Assembly (NCBI GenBank): GCA_029561455.1
Contig: JAKQIY010000076.1
Location: 5,150 to 69,149, forward strand
Source of the DNA: a bacterium
Lineage (GTDB): Bacteria; Zhuqueibacterota; Zhuqueibacteria; Residuimicrobiales; Krinioviventaceae
DNA: 64,000 bases
Direction: 5' to 3'
This document shows positions 18,785-27,470 of this stretch, piece after piece (within the stretch, counting starts at the first letter, position 1; every line of letters begins with the position of its first letter). The notes under the pieces are model-generated. The model worked only from the letters and a program-made list of their open reading frames with translations. It was not told the origin of the DNA and ran no database searches. The position numbers were made by a program, and so were the translations under genes.

Positions 18785-19909
18785 TTAGCTGTTTTTCATA
18801 ACCCACTTTTCATAAATATCTTCAAAACGTTTGACCTGCAATTCAAGAGAGAATTCATTTTCAACGCGCCGGCGGCCATTTTCACCCAATTCCCGGGCGC
18901 GGGCCGGGTTGGTCAGCAGGGCAAGCAATGCTTCAGCCAGCAGCGCGGGATTTTCCACCGGAACCAGGATGCCGGTCTGTTCCGGATTCACCGCTTCTTT
19001 GGTGCCGTCGACCGGGGTAGCTACTACCGGTAAGCCGCACGCCATAGCTTCAAGAACCACATTCGGCAAGCCCTCGAATAATGACGGCAGGGTAAAAATG
19101 TCAAAAGTATTGAGCAGATCGGGAATATCATCACGGTAGCCAAGGAAATGCACCATATTTGCCAGGCCCATTTCATTGACCTGCTTTTCCAGAATGTCCC
19201 GATCCGGGCCGCCGCCTACCAGCACGAACCTGGTTTGTGGCGCTTTTTCCTGAATGATCCGGGCGGCCTGGAACAAAAAAGTATGCCCCTTTTGCGGCTG
19301 CAACCGCGCTACCATACCGATGACCGGGGCTTCGGCGGGAATTCCAAGCTGGGCTTTTAATTGTATATTCCTGTCCGTCCTGAATCGTTGCAGATCAACG
19401 CCATAAGGAATAACGGTTATTTGCCGCTCGGCTACGCCCCGTTCCTCGTGTAGCCATTTTGCCGTCGCCTGCGAAACGGATATCACCTGGTCGGCCAGTT
19501 TAATAGCTGCCCGGTAGGGATACAACCGTCGAGGTAACAGCCATAAGGGCGAAGATATTGTTTCCCACGAAAATACGGCTTTAGCGCCCGCCCATTTACC
19601 CACCAGGGCAGCCATAAAATCGGCATAAAACAGGGTCGACATGATTACATCGATCTTTTCCCGGCGGATCAATTCTCTTAACCGCCATATCAGGGAAATG
19701 TCAAACTGGTTGCGGCGTTTCAGGGTAACGTAACGCAACCCAAGCCGTTCCAACTGCTCCGGGAAATAATCACCCATGCCAAAATTACATACCAGGGTAT
19801 TGAACCGGCTTGAATCCATCCGGTGAACCAGTTCCCATAATTTTTTTTCCGCTCCCGCCCAGCCCAGACCTTCTGTCAATTGTAAAACATTAATTTTGCG
19901 ATTTTTCAT
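18785..19909 (-). CDS. GT4-family glycosyltransferase
   Basis: INVLQLTEGLGWAGAEK; PSLFEGLPNVVLEAMACGLPVVATPVDGTKEAV. Confidence 0.9.
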   Translation of the reverse strand: MKNRKINVLQLTEGLGWAGAEKKLWELVHRMDSSRFNTLVCNFGMGDYFPEQLERLGLRYVTLKRRNQFDISLIWRLRELIRREKIDVIMSTLFYADFMAALVGKWAGAKAVFSWETISSPLWLLPRRLYPYRAAIKLADQVISVSQATAKWLHEERGVAERQITVIPYGVDLQRFRTDRNIQLKAQLGIPAEAPVIGMVARLQPQKGHTFLFQAARIIQEKAPQTRFVLVGGGPDRDILEKQVNEMGLANMVHFLGYRDDIPDLLNTFDIFTLPSLFEGLPNVVLEAMACGLPVVATPVDGTKEAVNPEQTGILVPVENPALLAEALLALLTNPARARELGENGRRRVENEFSLELQVKRFEDIYEKWVMKNS

Positions 19910-19924
19910 TACGACCTGTCGTTA

Positions 19925-21562
19925 TCAGTCATCCGTAGAGTTTTTTAAAGTATACTCGCTATCATTCTGTGCTGCGTAAAGGATTAACTTGCACCCTTTG
20001 AAATTCCATTCATTAAGCCTGTTTCTTTGGCTATCGAGTAATTCTTGCAGTTCCAGCATGTCTTGTGAAGGCCACTGGTGACCAAAAGCCACCCACAATC
20101 TGCCCGGTACTGCGGCAATGCGGGCAAAAAGAGGTTCATTAAATTCGGGATGCAGGTTGTGTTCTTCACCCCAAATAATATGTAGCCGCTCAGCATTGGA
20201 CCGGATTGGATAATCGTCCTGGTAACCGGGTTGATGCCCGGTAAAATAAAAATAAAAAGGCAAAATTGCGCCCCAATGTAAATAAACAGTATCCTGATCC
20301 TGAGCATTATCTTTGAGCGCAGACATCATTAGATCAACCCGGCGCCCGCCGGAGTATTTGCCTTTACCCACCTTATCAAAATTAATATAAATGCTGGTCA
20401 GAAGCAACGCTGCAGTGATGCCGAGCGTGATATACGATACAAGACGATTTTTTTTGACGATAAAATCATAACCAAGTTTGCCGCCCAAAACGGTCATGAT
20501 CATCCAGGCCGGCAATAAAAACAGCGATAACCGTCCTGCTGCAAAAGGATACTTGCCGGCCAGCGAAGCCAGCAGTAAAAACACCAGCGGCAGGATCAGC
20601 AGCAGAATGTTGGTAAAGCGGCGTTTTTTGATCTCGGAGAAAAGCCATACCAGGATCAACAGGTTAGCCACAGCGCCGACGAGCAGCGAATCGAAAAAGA
20701 AATAGGCCGGCAGCAATAATACATGTTTCACGGTATGCGCCAGGTAAAGCAAAACATAGGATAGATCCGTCACTTTTTCCCAATGAAATATCTGCACCAG
20801 CCATTCGCGAATGAAAACCGGATTTTCAACTGCATTGGCAATACTAACCAGGTATAAGCCCAAAAATGACAGGGCAAAGACAAAACCGGAAATGAAAAAT
20901 CGAACCCAAAAGCTGCGGTATTTATTTTTAACAATCCAAACCTGGCGGATCAGCAATGTTATGTAAACGGCGGCAATTACATATATCGAAGCAAAGGCCA
21001 GCCAGATACTCAGCGCCGCGACACCGGTTAAAAGTAGCCAGTTAGTAATACTGTCTTTGTCAATCAGTCGTTTTCCACAATACAATAATAATGCGGCGCA
21101 TAATACATCGGCGGAATAATGCTTTAATGATTTGGCATAAATCAACAGTTTGTCGGAGATCATTCCCATCAGCAAGGCGGCCGCCACAGCCAATCCGGTA
21201 GTCATAAAACGGCGAAACAACCAGATTGCCGCAACAATTGCTGACACGGCAAATAAAGCCGGGAAGAAGCGCAACGCCAGGGCATTAACGCCCAAGACCA
21301 AAACGGCAGCCCGGCAAAGTAAACCAAATAATGGCGGAAACTGGATCGGCCAGTTATCGTAATACTCGCGTACCGCTTTGGCCGGCCAGGGATGGTTTGT
21401 TAAACTCCAGTCGCTGCTGATAAGCGCCCGTGCCGGATGCAGTTCATCGCTGCCGAGCACCAGGCTACCGATCCCATAAAAATGCAGATAAACCAGCGCT
21501 GCACCGGCGGCAATCAATAATATTATTTTTAACGTTCTGTTCATCATTTCTTGTCCATACAT
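19925..21562 (-). CDS. GT-C-fold (ArnT/PMT_2-like) multi-pass membrane glycosyltransferase with C-terminal soluble domain
   Basis: At least 10 hydrophobic helices. An acidic first-loop motif GSDELHPARAL follows TM1. Soluble tail of about 130 aa. The start codon is uncertain (MYGQEMMNR). Confidence 0.5.
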   Translation of the reverse strand: MYGQEMMNRTLKIILLIAAGAALVYLHFYGIGSLVLGSDELHPARALISSDWSLTNHPWPAKAVREYYDNWPIQFPPLFGLLCRAAVLVLGVNALALRFFPALFAVSAIVAAIWLFRRFMTTGLAVAAALLMGMISDKLLIYAKSLKHYSADVLCAALLLYCGKRLIDKDSITNWLLLTGVAALSIWLAFASIYVIAAVYITLLIRQVWIVKNKYRSFWVRFFISGFVFALSFLGLYLVSIANAVENPVFIREWLVQIFHWEKVTDLSYVLLYLAHTVKHVLLLPAYFFFDSLLVGAVANLLILVWLFSEIKKRRFTNILLLILPLVFLLLASLAGKYPFAAGRLSLFLLPAWMIMTVLGGKLGYDFIVKKNRLVSYITLGITAALLLTSIYINFDKVGKGKYSGGRRVDLMMSALKDNAQDQDTVYLHWGAILPFYFYFTGHQPGYQDDYPIRSNAERLHIIWGEEHNLHPEFNEPLFARIAAVPGRLWVAFGHQWPSQDMLELQELLDSQRNRLNEWNFKGCKLILYAAQNDSEYTLKNSTDD

Positions 21563-21617
21563 TTATCAATCGGATTGTCTACATACACAACCGGGATCGT
21601 TCCGAAAAAGCGGCGCC

Positions 21618-22838
21618 TCAGCCCCGCCCATGCTTGTGTAATGCCGCAAGGCACTGTTCTTCCAGTTGCGCCGCTTTATGATTCCAGGTATGGTTCGCCA
21701 TTATCACCTGCCGGGCGCGCTCTCCTATTCTTTTACGGTATGCCGGTTCAGATAATAGACTCCTGACCTTCGCTACAAGGTCACCGGGGCTATTCGGATC
21801 AAAGAAAAGGCCGCTCTCCCCTGCGGTGATAAGTTCGGCTATCTGACCAATCCGGGTTGTAACAATAGCCTTGCCCTGCACCATGTATTCAAATATTTTT
21901 ACCGGCGAATAATAAAACAACCCTGAAGTGGCATAAGGCGCCAGGGCAATATCAAACAGGTTGACATAAAGAGGGGTTTTGCTGTGTTCAATATAGCCGG
22001 TAAAGATCACGCGTTTTTTCCACTCACACCCGCTGCATTGCCTGATAAAATCATCAGTCATTGGGCCGCCACCGCCGACTATCAAAAAATATAAATCGGG
22101 GTCGTCGGTCAATAGACGGTTAACCAGTTCGAACAACAAGCCCGTATTGTGCCAATAATGCAGCGAGCCCATAAAACCACATACAACGGCGCTTTTGTTT
22201 ATGCCAAGCTGTTCCTTTAAAACATGGGGATCAGGTAACTGCTGCACGGGGTCGGCGCCATTGGTAATGACAGTTATTTTATCAGCCGCAATCGGATATA
22301 GATCAAGGTAATAATCTTTAGCAACTTTCGATTGCACAAACACGCTATCGGCCAGCCGGAAACAAAATCTTTCTACAAATAATAACCAGCTTTTCCAGAT
22401 ATTACCGTCTTTATTACTGTAATGCAGCCATTCCCAAGAATTGGCGCCATCGGCTTCAATGAGCAGCGGTAGCCCAAGTATTCTCGCCAATAGCGACGCT
22501 GAATAACGGAAAGCATCGATACGGACAATGACCAGGTCGGCGCGGCAGGATTTTAGAAAACGGTATTCACGGATCAATTCAAAGATATTTTTTACAATTT
22601 CTTTGAGTGTAAAAAATAAACGACGCAAGAGCGGATGTTGTAAAAAATTCCGGTTTTTACCGGAACCGGCAATACCGGTTTTGTTGGGCTTGTCCGCATA
22701 GCGCCAGTAAAAACAGATTTTATAACCCAGTAATTCCAGGTGTGACAGCAGTTGTTCGGCTTTGATGGTAGAACCGATCGACATACCGTACAAATCCTGC
22801 ATATAATTAAAATAAGCGATCTTGACTGTTTTATTCAT
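21618..22838 (-). CDS. GT4-family glycosyltransferase
   Basis: The C-terminal half reads FMGSLHYWHN...APYATSGLFYYSPVKIFEYMVQGKAIVTTRIGQIAELI. Confidence 0.8.
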   Translation of the reverse strand: MNKTVKIAYFNYMQDLYGMSIGSTIKAEQLLSHLELLGYKICFYWRYADKPNKTGIAGSGKNRNFLQHPLLRRLFFTLKEIVKNIFELIREYRFLKSCRADLVIVRIDAFRYSASLLARILGLPLLIEADGANSWEWLHYSNKDGNIWKSWLLFVERFCFRLADSVFVQSKVAKDYYLDLYPIAADKITVITNGADPVQQLPDPHVLKEQLGINKSAVVCGFMGSLHYWHNTGLLFELVNRLLTDDPDLYFLIVGGGGPMTDDFIRQCSGCEWKKRVIFTGYIEHSKTPLYVNLFDIALAPYATSGLFYYSPVKIFEYMVQGKAIVTTRIGQIAELITAGESGLFFDPNSPGDLVAKVRSLLSEPAYRKRIGERARQVIMANHTWNHKAAQLEEQCLAALHKHGRG

Positions 22839-22859
22839 GTTGATTAACCGGCTTTTCTC

Positions 22860-24392
22860 TCACTCCGTTAACCCCGGTTGTTTGTGCAAGCGCCAAATTT
22901 CAAAATGGTCATCGGTATAAACAATTTCTCTTGTTAATTCACCTACCAGACCGCTTATTGTCTGCCAATGCGGGACCTGTTTTTTATCAAATATGAGCAT
23001 ATTCACATGATACTTTTGAATAACCGACAACCGTTCTTCAACCATGGTGCTGTCGCTGAAAAACCGGTTTACGGCATCGCGCCGTTCAAACTGATCATCA
23101 ATGAACGCCAGCGCATTATTGGAAGCGACCACCTTGCCACCCATTGCCGGAATAAACCAGCTTGTATATATATCCGATAGAATAACATCATCCGGGTGAA
23201 TATAACGGGTGAATATCGTATATTGAGACCAGATATTGGGTTGTCCCGGAATAGCGTTACGCAAACCGACCTTGAGAGTATCGCGGAAGGATAAAACAAC
23301 CAGGGCGATTATGACCACACTAATAAATATATAACGGTTGCCTGTGCGTGAAATCTTGGAAAAATTAACCAGTTCTTCCAGTCTGGCGGCCCGCTCTGCA
23401 ATAACTAGATGCAGAACAAGAATGATAAATGACAATGTTCGGCCATAAGCGGTACGGTCGGACACATAACCGTATATGTAAATGACCAGTAAACCTATAC
23501 ATAAAAGAAACAAGGGGTCCAATCGGTTTTTTTTCCAGCGCCAAACAAGCAACGGCGTCCCTAAAATCAGCACCGGCCAGGCCCGTGCAAAAAGATGTAA
23601 ATACATATTTCCTATGCCGTGTTGATAGGCCGCAGTGCCATGAAGAATAAATTTTAAAAAAGGATAATATGGCCATAGCAACGTCATACTACCGCCAATT
23701 AAGCAGACCAGGGCCATAACAATATAATCCCGGCGGCTTTTACCGGGCAGTCCTATAAAAAAAGCGCCGAGTCCCAAACTTAGAAAAATAAAAGTATAGG
23801 GATGAGACAACAAAACTATCGGTATGATCAATAAAATCGCCAGGTACCAGGCAGGCTTTTGCCGGCGAATAGCAACAATAAGCGCAGAAAAAGCCAGTAA
23901 AGTGAGGGCTGTGCAAAATGTTGATGGATAAGGCAGCACATAATTCAAAACCCGCAGATGAAAGAAACTGCTAAAGCTCCAAGGAATACTGCCCCACAAT
24001 AAAAGGATAAAAAGCAAAACATAAAAATCAGTATGAGTTACAGGAATGAAAAGCTTTATATAAAGTCGCAAAGTGAAAAGTAACAAAGTCAGGTTGAGCA
24101 TGCCAAAAATTGCCAGGGCTGTTACAGGGCCCAAATGCAAGAGGCGGGCAAATAAAGCTACGGTCAGTAAATATGGCGAAAAAAATGCATGCGGCACATC
24201 CAGCGCTAAAATCGGATGGCTGGGGGAAACAGGATTTTCGGTCAGTTCCCGGACTATGGCGGCATGTTCCCAGAAATCTCCCACCCACAAGCCGTTCAAT
24301 GTACAGGAACCCATTAATAATAAAGTACATACAGCAAGAATAACATAGCGTTTGTCTAAAACCCAATCAGGAAATGATTTTGTAAATTTCAA
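22860..24392 (-). CDS. Multi-pass membrane protein, probable GT-C-fold glycosyltransferase
   Basis: About 12 hydrophobic helices. First loop VGDFWEHAAIVRELTENP. Soluble C-terminal domain of about 130 aa. TTG start with AAGGAA upstream. Confidence 0.4.
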   Translation of the reverse strand: MKFTKSFPDWVLDKRYVILAVCTLLLMGSCTLNGLWVGDFWEHAAIVRELTENPVSPSHPILALDVPHAFFSPYLLTVALFARLLHLGPVTALAIFGMLNLTLLLFTLRLYIKLFIPVTHTDFYVLLFILLLWGSIPWSFSSFFHLRVLNYVLPYPSTFCTALTLLAFSALIVAIRRQKPAWYLAILLIIPIVLLSHPYTFIFLSLGLGAFFIGLPGKSRRDYIVMALVCLIGGSMTLLWPYYPFLKFILHGTAAYQHGIGNMYLHLFARAWPVLILGTPLLVWRWKKNRLDPLFLLCIGLLVIYIYGYVSDRTAYGRTLSFIILVLHLVIAERAARLEELVNFSKISRTGNRYIFISVVIIALVVLSFRDTLKVGLRNAIPGQPNIWSQYTIFTRYIHPDDVILSDIYTSWFIPAMGGKVVASNNALAFIDDQFERRDAVNRFFSDSTMVEERLSVIQKYHVNMLIFDKKQVPHWQTISGLVGELTREIVYTDDHFEIWRLHKQPGLTE

Positions 24393-24528
24393 TTCTGGTT
24401 CCTTTATATAATCGGATACAAAATCCTGTCGTATAATTTCATCCGTTAAATGGGTATAATATTTAGAGATATAAATGTACTCTTTTTTTTTTCAAGATGC
24501 AAAAAAAAACAAGTTAAAAACAAAAAAA

Positions 24529-24552
24529 CCCCGTAATAATACTATTACGGGG
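24529..24552 (-). terminator. Rho-independent terminator after 24577..26655
   Basis: Perfect 10-bp stem CCCCGTAATA/TATTACGGGG with a 4-nt loop. On the minus strand it is followed by TTTTTTTGTTTTT. Confidence 0.85.
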
Positions 24553-24576
24553 TTTTATAAAGATAAAAGGAAAAGA

Positions 24577-26655
24577 TCAATACACTCTGACGTTGGTAGG
24601 CGCAGCCGGGGGTACAGTATCTGGTGAAAATTCATCGCCGCCCATATAGCGGAAGCGCATAGCATCGGCAATAACATAACCATCGGCGTTATTGGTAATT
24701 TTGATAAATCCCTCTTTACCGGCCGGCAAATTAATAAAACCTAACCTATTCCATTGGCCGATGTTTTCCTGTTGATTATAGGAGCCGCGTATACGAACAT
24801 CGGTTCCAACGCCAATTTCAAAAGGTACATTGGTTGCTTCGGCATAATTGGAAGCCCTGTCGCCATGCCAGCCATGCCATTCGCTGACTTCGTACCAGCC
24901 GGGCAGGCCGATAGTGGGCTTGTAAAGTGCACTATTTTCACCGGAACCGGCCGTGCTGTAATGATAACCCCAACTATCATCATAATAATAATCACCAGCC
25001 TGAAAAGCGCGCGTAGAACCGGTTTGACTCCAGTAAGGATTATTGTCGCGGAAATCGGCAAAACCCGCCGAGACCGCCTTGGTCCATGAGCCGGACAATT
25101 GTACCGGATCGGAGCCTGGCGAAGTAGCATTCATAAAAAAGTTATCGACAATGATATCGGACACAACCGTGGTGGGCTGTTTAAATAACAGAATACCGTC
25201 GCCTCGCTGGTTTTTGGGAGCATAGATAATTCCCGGCATGTCGACCGATGTAAATAGCTCGCCGTTATTCCATACCGGGTCTTGTCCGCCTTTTAACCGG
25301 TAGTAAGGACCACCGGTCAACATATCGGCAGTTAAGGTTTGATTGGCGCCGGTTGCATTGCAAACCACAACGCCGTTATCAAAATATCGCACCAGCAAGC
25401 CATTAGCCAGGGCCGTTGATGGACCAGTGGGGTAGCCCATTTCGGTATCAAATTCATCATACCAGAAGAACAGGTAATAGGTATCGCCGGCAGTACGGCA
25501 ATAATACATGTCATATTGCATAGCCAGGGTTAAACCGAAACGCACTTCACTAAAGCGATTTTTACCGTCATCAAACTTTGCTTCGGGAAAATAATCAAAC
25601 AAGTGTAAAATTGTCGGTTTCTTTCCCTGGTTGAGCCACTTTTTAGCATCAGAAATAACACCGGGCACCGAGGTAAAACGTTGAAAGCCTTCGAACTGGT
25701 GACCGTTCAAATATTGATAATAGGCATCAATTACACCGCCGGCGTTAACAGCATACAAATTAGGCAAATCCGGGGTCAGTTCCGCCATGAGTTGTTCTTC
25801 ACGCTGGACAAATTTCTCAAGCCCATAACGCCATTGCCGGGCGATCCAGTCGCTGGAATGTTCTTCCGTATCGGTTATGCCATTCATATCAAAATCATGC
25901 TTATAAGTACCGATATACAAAATATACGCAAACCAGTCATGGAACATGCCGTCGAACCAACCGGCGGACCAGTTCACTTCGCGCAGGAAATTTTTTTCCG
26001 CAATATAATCCCAGGAATATTTACCGTCAACTGTTACCGCATATTCACTGAAATTCGGATAGATGCCGGGGCCCGATACCCGAATAACACTATAAACTAT
26101 AGCGCCGGAATCGTGATGGGTACTTACCACAAGCCGGTCGACATCATTGGTTTGTACGGTAAGCACATTGGTGGTAAAGTTAACGCTATTTACTTTGATC
26201 AGATCGTCATCGATACGAATATAACAGAGATTGGCGTTACTTTGCCCTGCATAGATATTGGTAGCATTATCAACGGTAATTGTGGCCTGGTTAGCTTCAA
26301 TGGCATTCATAAGACGCCCGCGATAACTGCGATACAGAAAATGGTTGACAGGATCACGGTCATTAACGCTATTGATACCCGATGCCAGCAGAATCTGGTT
26401 CGGATTCAGTCGCCGTAATTCAGGCGCTAACACATCGGCGCCTATATCGGTCATGCCATAGATGATCGCCAGATCGTAATCGGCCAGTAAACGTTCCCGA
26501 ACTCCGTTGGATTTGGACGCAACGGGGCTCGACATATTAAAAATACCCAATCGTGGAAACGGAGGATTTAATCTGTCAAAAGTCTGAGACCATACAATAT
26601 CCGCTATAAGCATTGGTATTAACAACAGTAAAAATAATATTTTTTTCATAACCAA
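24577..26655 (-). CDS. Secreted glycoside-hydrolase-like (TIM-barrel, GHL-type) protein with golvesin-C-terminal-like domain
   Basis: AAGGAG Shine-Dalgarno site. Signal peptide MVMKKILFLLLLIPMLIA. The C-terminal ~110 aa (nt 24646..24975) read GWYEVSEWHGWHGDRASNYAEATNVPFEI...QQENIGQWNRLGFINLPAGKEGFIKITNNADGYVIADAMRF, matching the golvesin-like pattern that ends VADAxRF. The hydrolase assignment for the N-terminal region is weak. Confidence 0.45.
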   Translation of the reverse strand: MVMKKILFLLLLIPMLIADIVWSQTFDRLNPPFPRLGIFNMSSPVASKSNGVRERLLADYDLAIIYGMTDIGADVLAPELRRLNPNQILLASGINSVNDRDPVNHFLYRSYRGRLMNAIEANQATITVDNATNIYAGQSNANLCYIRIDDDLIKVNSVNFTTNVLTVQTNDVDRLVVSTHHDSGAIVYSVIRVSGPGIYPNFSEYAVTVDGKYSWDYIAEKNFLREVNWSAGWFDGMFHDWFAYILYIGTYKHDFDMNGITDTEEHSSDWIARQWRYGLEKFVQREEQLMAELTPDLPNLYAVNAGGVIDAYYQYLNGHQFEGFQRFTSVPGVISDAKKWLNQGKKPTILHLFDYFPEAKFDDGKNRFSEVRFGLTLAMQYDMYYCRTAGDTYYLFFWYDEFDTEMGYPTGPSTALANGLLVRYFDNGVVVCNATGANQTLTADMLTGGPYYRLKGGQDPVWNNGELFTSVDMPGIIYAPKNQRGDGILLFKQPTTVVSDIIVDNFFMNATSPGSDPVQLSGSWTKAVSAGFADFRDNNPYWSQTGSTRAFQAGDYYYDDSWGYHYSTAGSGENSALYKPTIGLPGWYEVSEWHGWHGDRASNYAEATNVPFEIGVGTDVRIRGSYNQQENIGQWNRLGFINLPAGKEGFIKITNNADGYVIADAMRFRYMGGDEFSPDTVPPAAPTNVRVY

Positions 26656-26678
26656 TACTCCTTATTTAATACAATATA

Positions 26679-27455
26679 TTATTTAACAATTTTCCAAAAA
26701 GTATGCAAGCTAGCGGCCGGATGAATTCTGACTAACGGCCCGGCAATCACACGGAAAAATCTGCTTATTATCGCAGCAGCCAGGCGCGGGCAATTCGGAT
26801 GCCATATCCAGGGAAATAAACCGACCACTACTTCCCGGTCATAACCGATCATGCTGAACTCTTTAAACCCGGCAGTGCGGAAAATATTCCTGATCTTCCG
26901 GGGTGTAATATAATGTTCCAGCGCCTCCGGTTTCCAATAATCGAATGGCGCCCAGCTATTCCTGGCGTAACTGCCGGATTCTTCCAGTGTTCTTTTCACT
27001 ATACCGGCAACATTGGCATAAGTCGGTATGGATAAAAACATATATCCACCAGGTCGTAACACCCGGAAAAATTCCCGGGCTGCTTTTACCTGATCCGGAT
27101 AATGTTCAAAGCTGTCTAGGCACAACAAAAAATCTACCGATTGAGCCTGCAATGGATTGCACTGCGCATCAGCCTGGATAAAAGTATGTTGCCGGTCTCC
27201 TAATGCCGGTAAAGTTTCGTGCCTGACCAGATCAAGACCAATGTAAAAATTATCACTTACAAAGTACCTGGCCAGCAAGCCAGTACCGCAGCCGACATCG
27301 GCAACCGTTTTTTTGTCCGTTTTAATACCCAATCGGTTAAAAACTGTTGCCATCAGTTCCCGGTTAAATTTTCCGGTTTGGTCGATGAATGGTGAGGTTA
27401 CCAGGGCTTTTTCTGTCTGGTAGAATTTTTGAATAGTGTTAATTTCTTTTTCCAC
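26679..27455 (-). CDS. Class I SAM-dependent methyltransferase
   Basis: Motif I VADVGCGTGLLARYF. Post-I LDL. LRPGGYMFLS. GTG start with AAGGAG upstream. Confidence 0.85.
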   Translation of the reverse strand: MEKEINTIQKFYQTEKALVTSPFIDQTGKFNRELMATVFNRLGIKTDKKTVADVGCGTGLLARYFVSDNFYIGLDLVRHETLPALGDRQHTFIQADAQCNPLQAQSVDFLLCLDSFEHYPDQVKAAREFFRVLRPGGYMFLSIPTYANVAGIVKRTLEESGSYARNSWAPFDYWKPEALEHYITPRKIRNIFRTAGFKEFSMIGYDREVVVGLFPWIWHPNCPRLAAAIISRFFRVIAGPLVRIHPAASLHTFWKIVK

Positions 27456-27470
27456 TCAACTCCTTACTGC

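Noticed and set aside
25681-26418. Long antisense ORFs on the plus strand inside minus-strand genes: 25681..26418 (245 aa), 33623..34366 (247 aa), 47006..47533, 40827..41306, 55581..56060, 52707..53168, 48557..49021, 49159..49593, 50971..51366, 61695..62090 and 27694..28077.
   Set aside because: Each lies entirely within a minus-strand gene that carries clear family motifs. Their translations are Arg/Ser/Cys/Pro-rich or low-complexity with no recognisable motifs or Shine-Dalgarno sites. This is typical of shadow ORFs opposite real genes.
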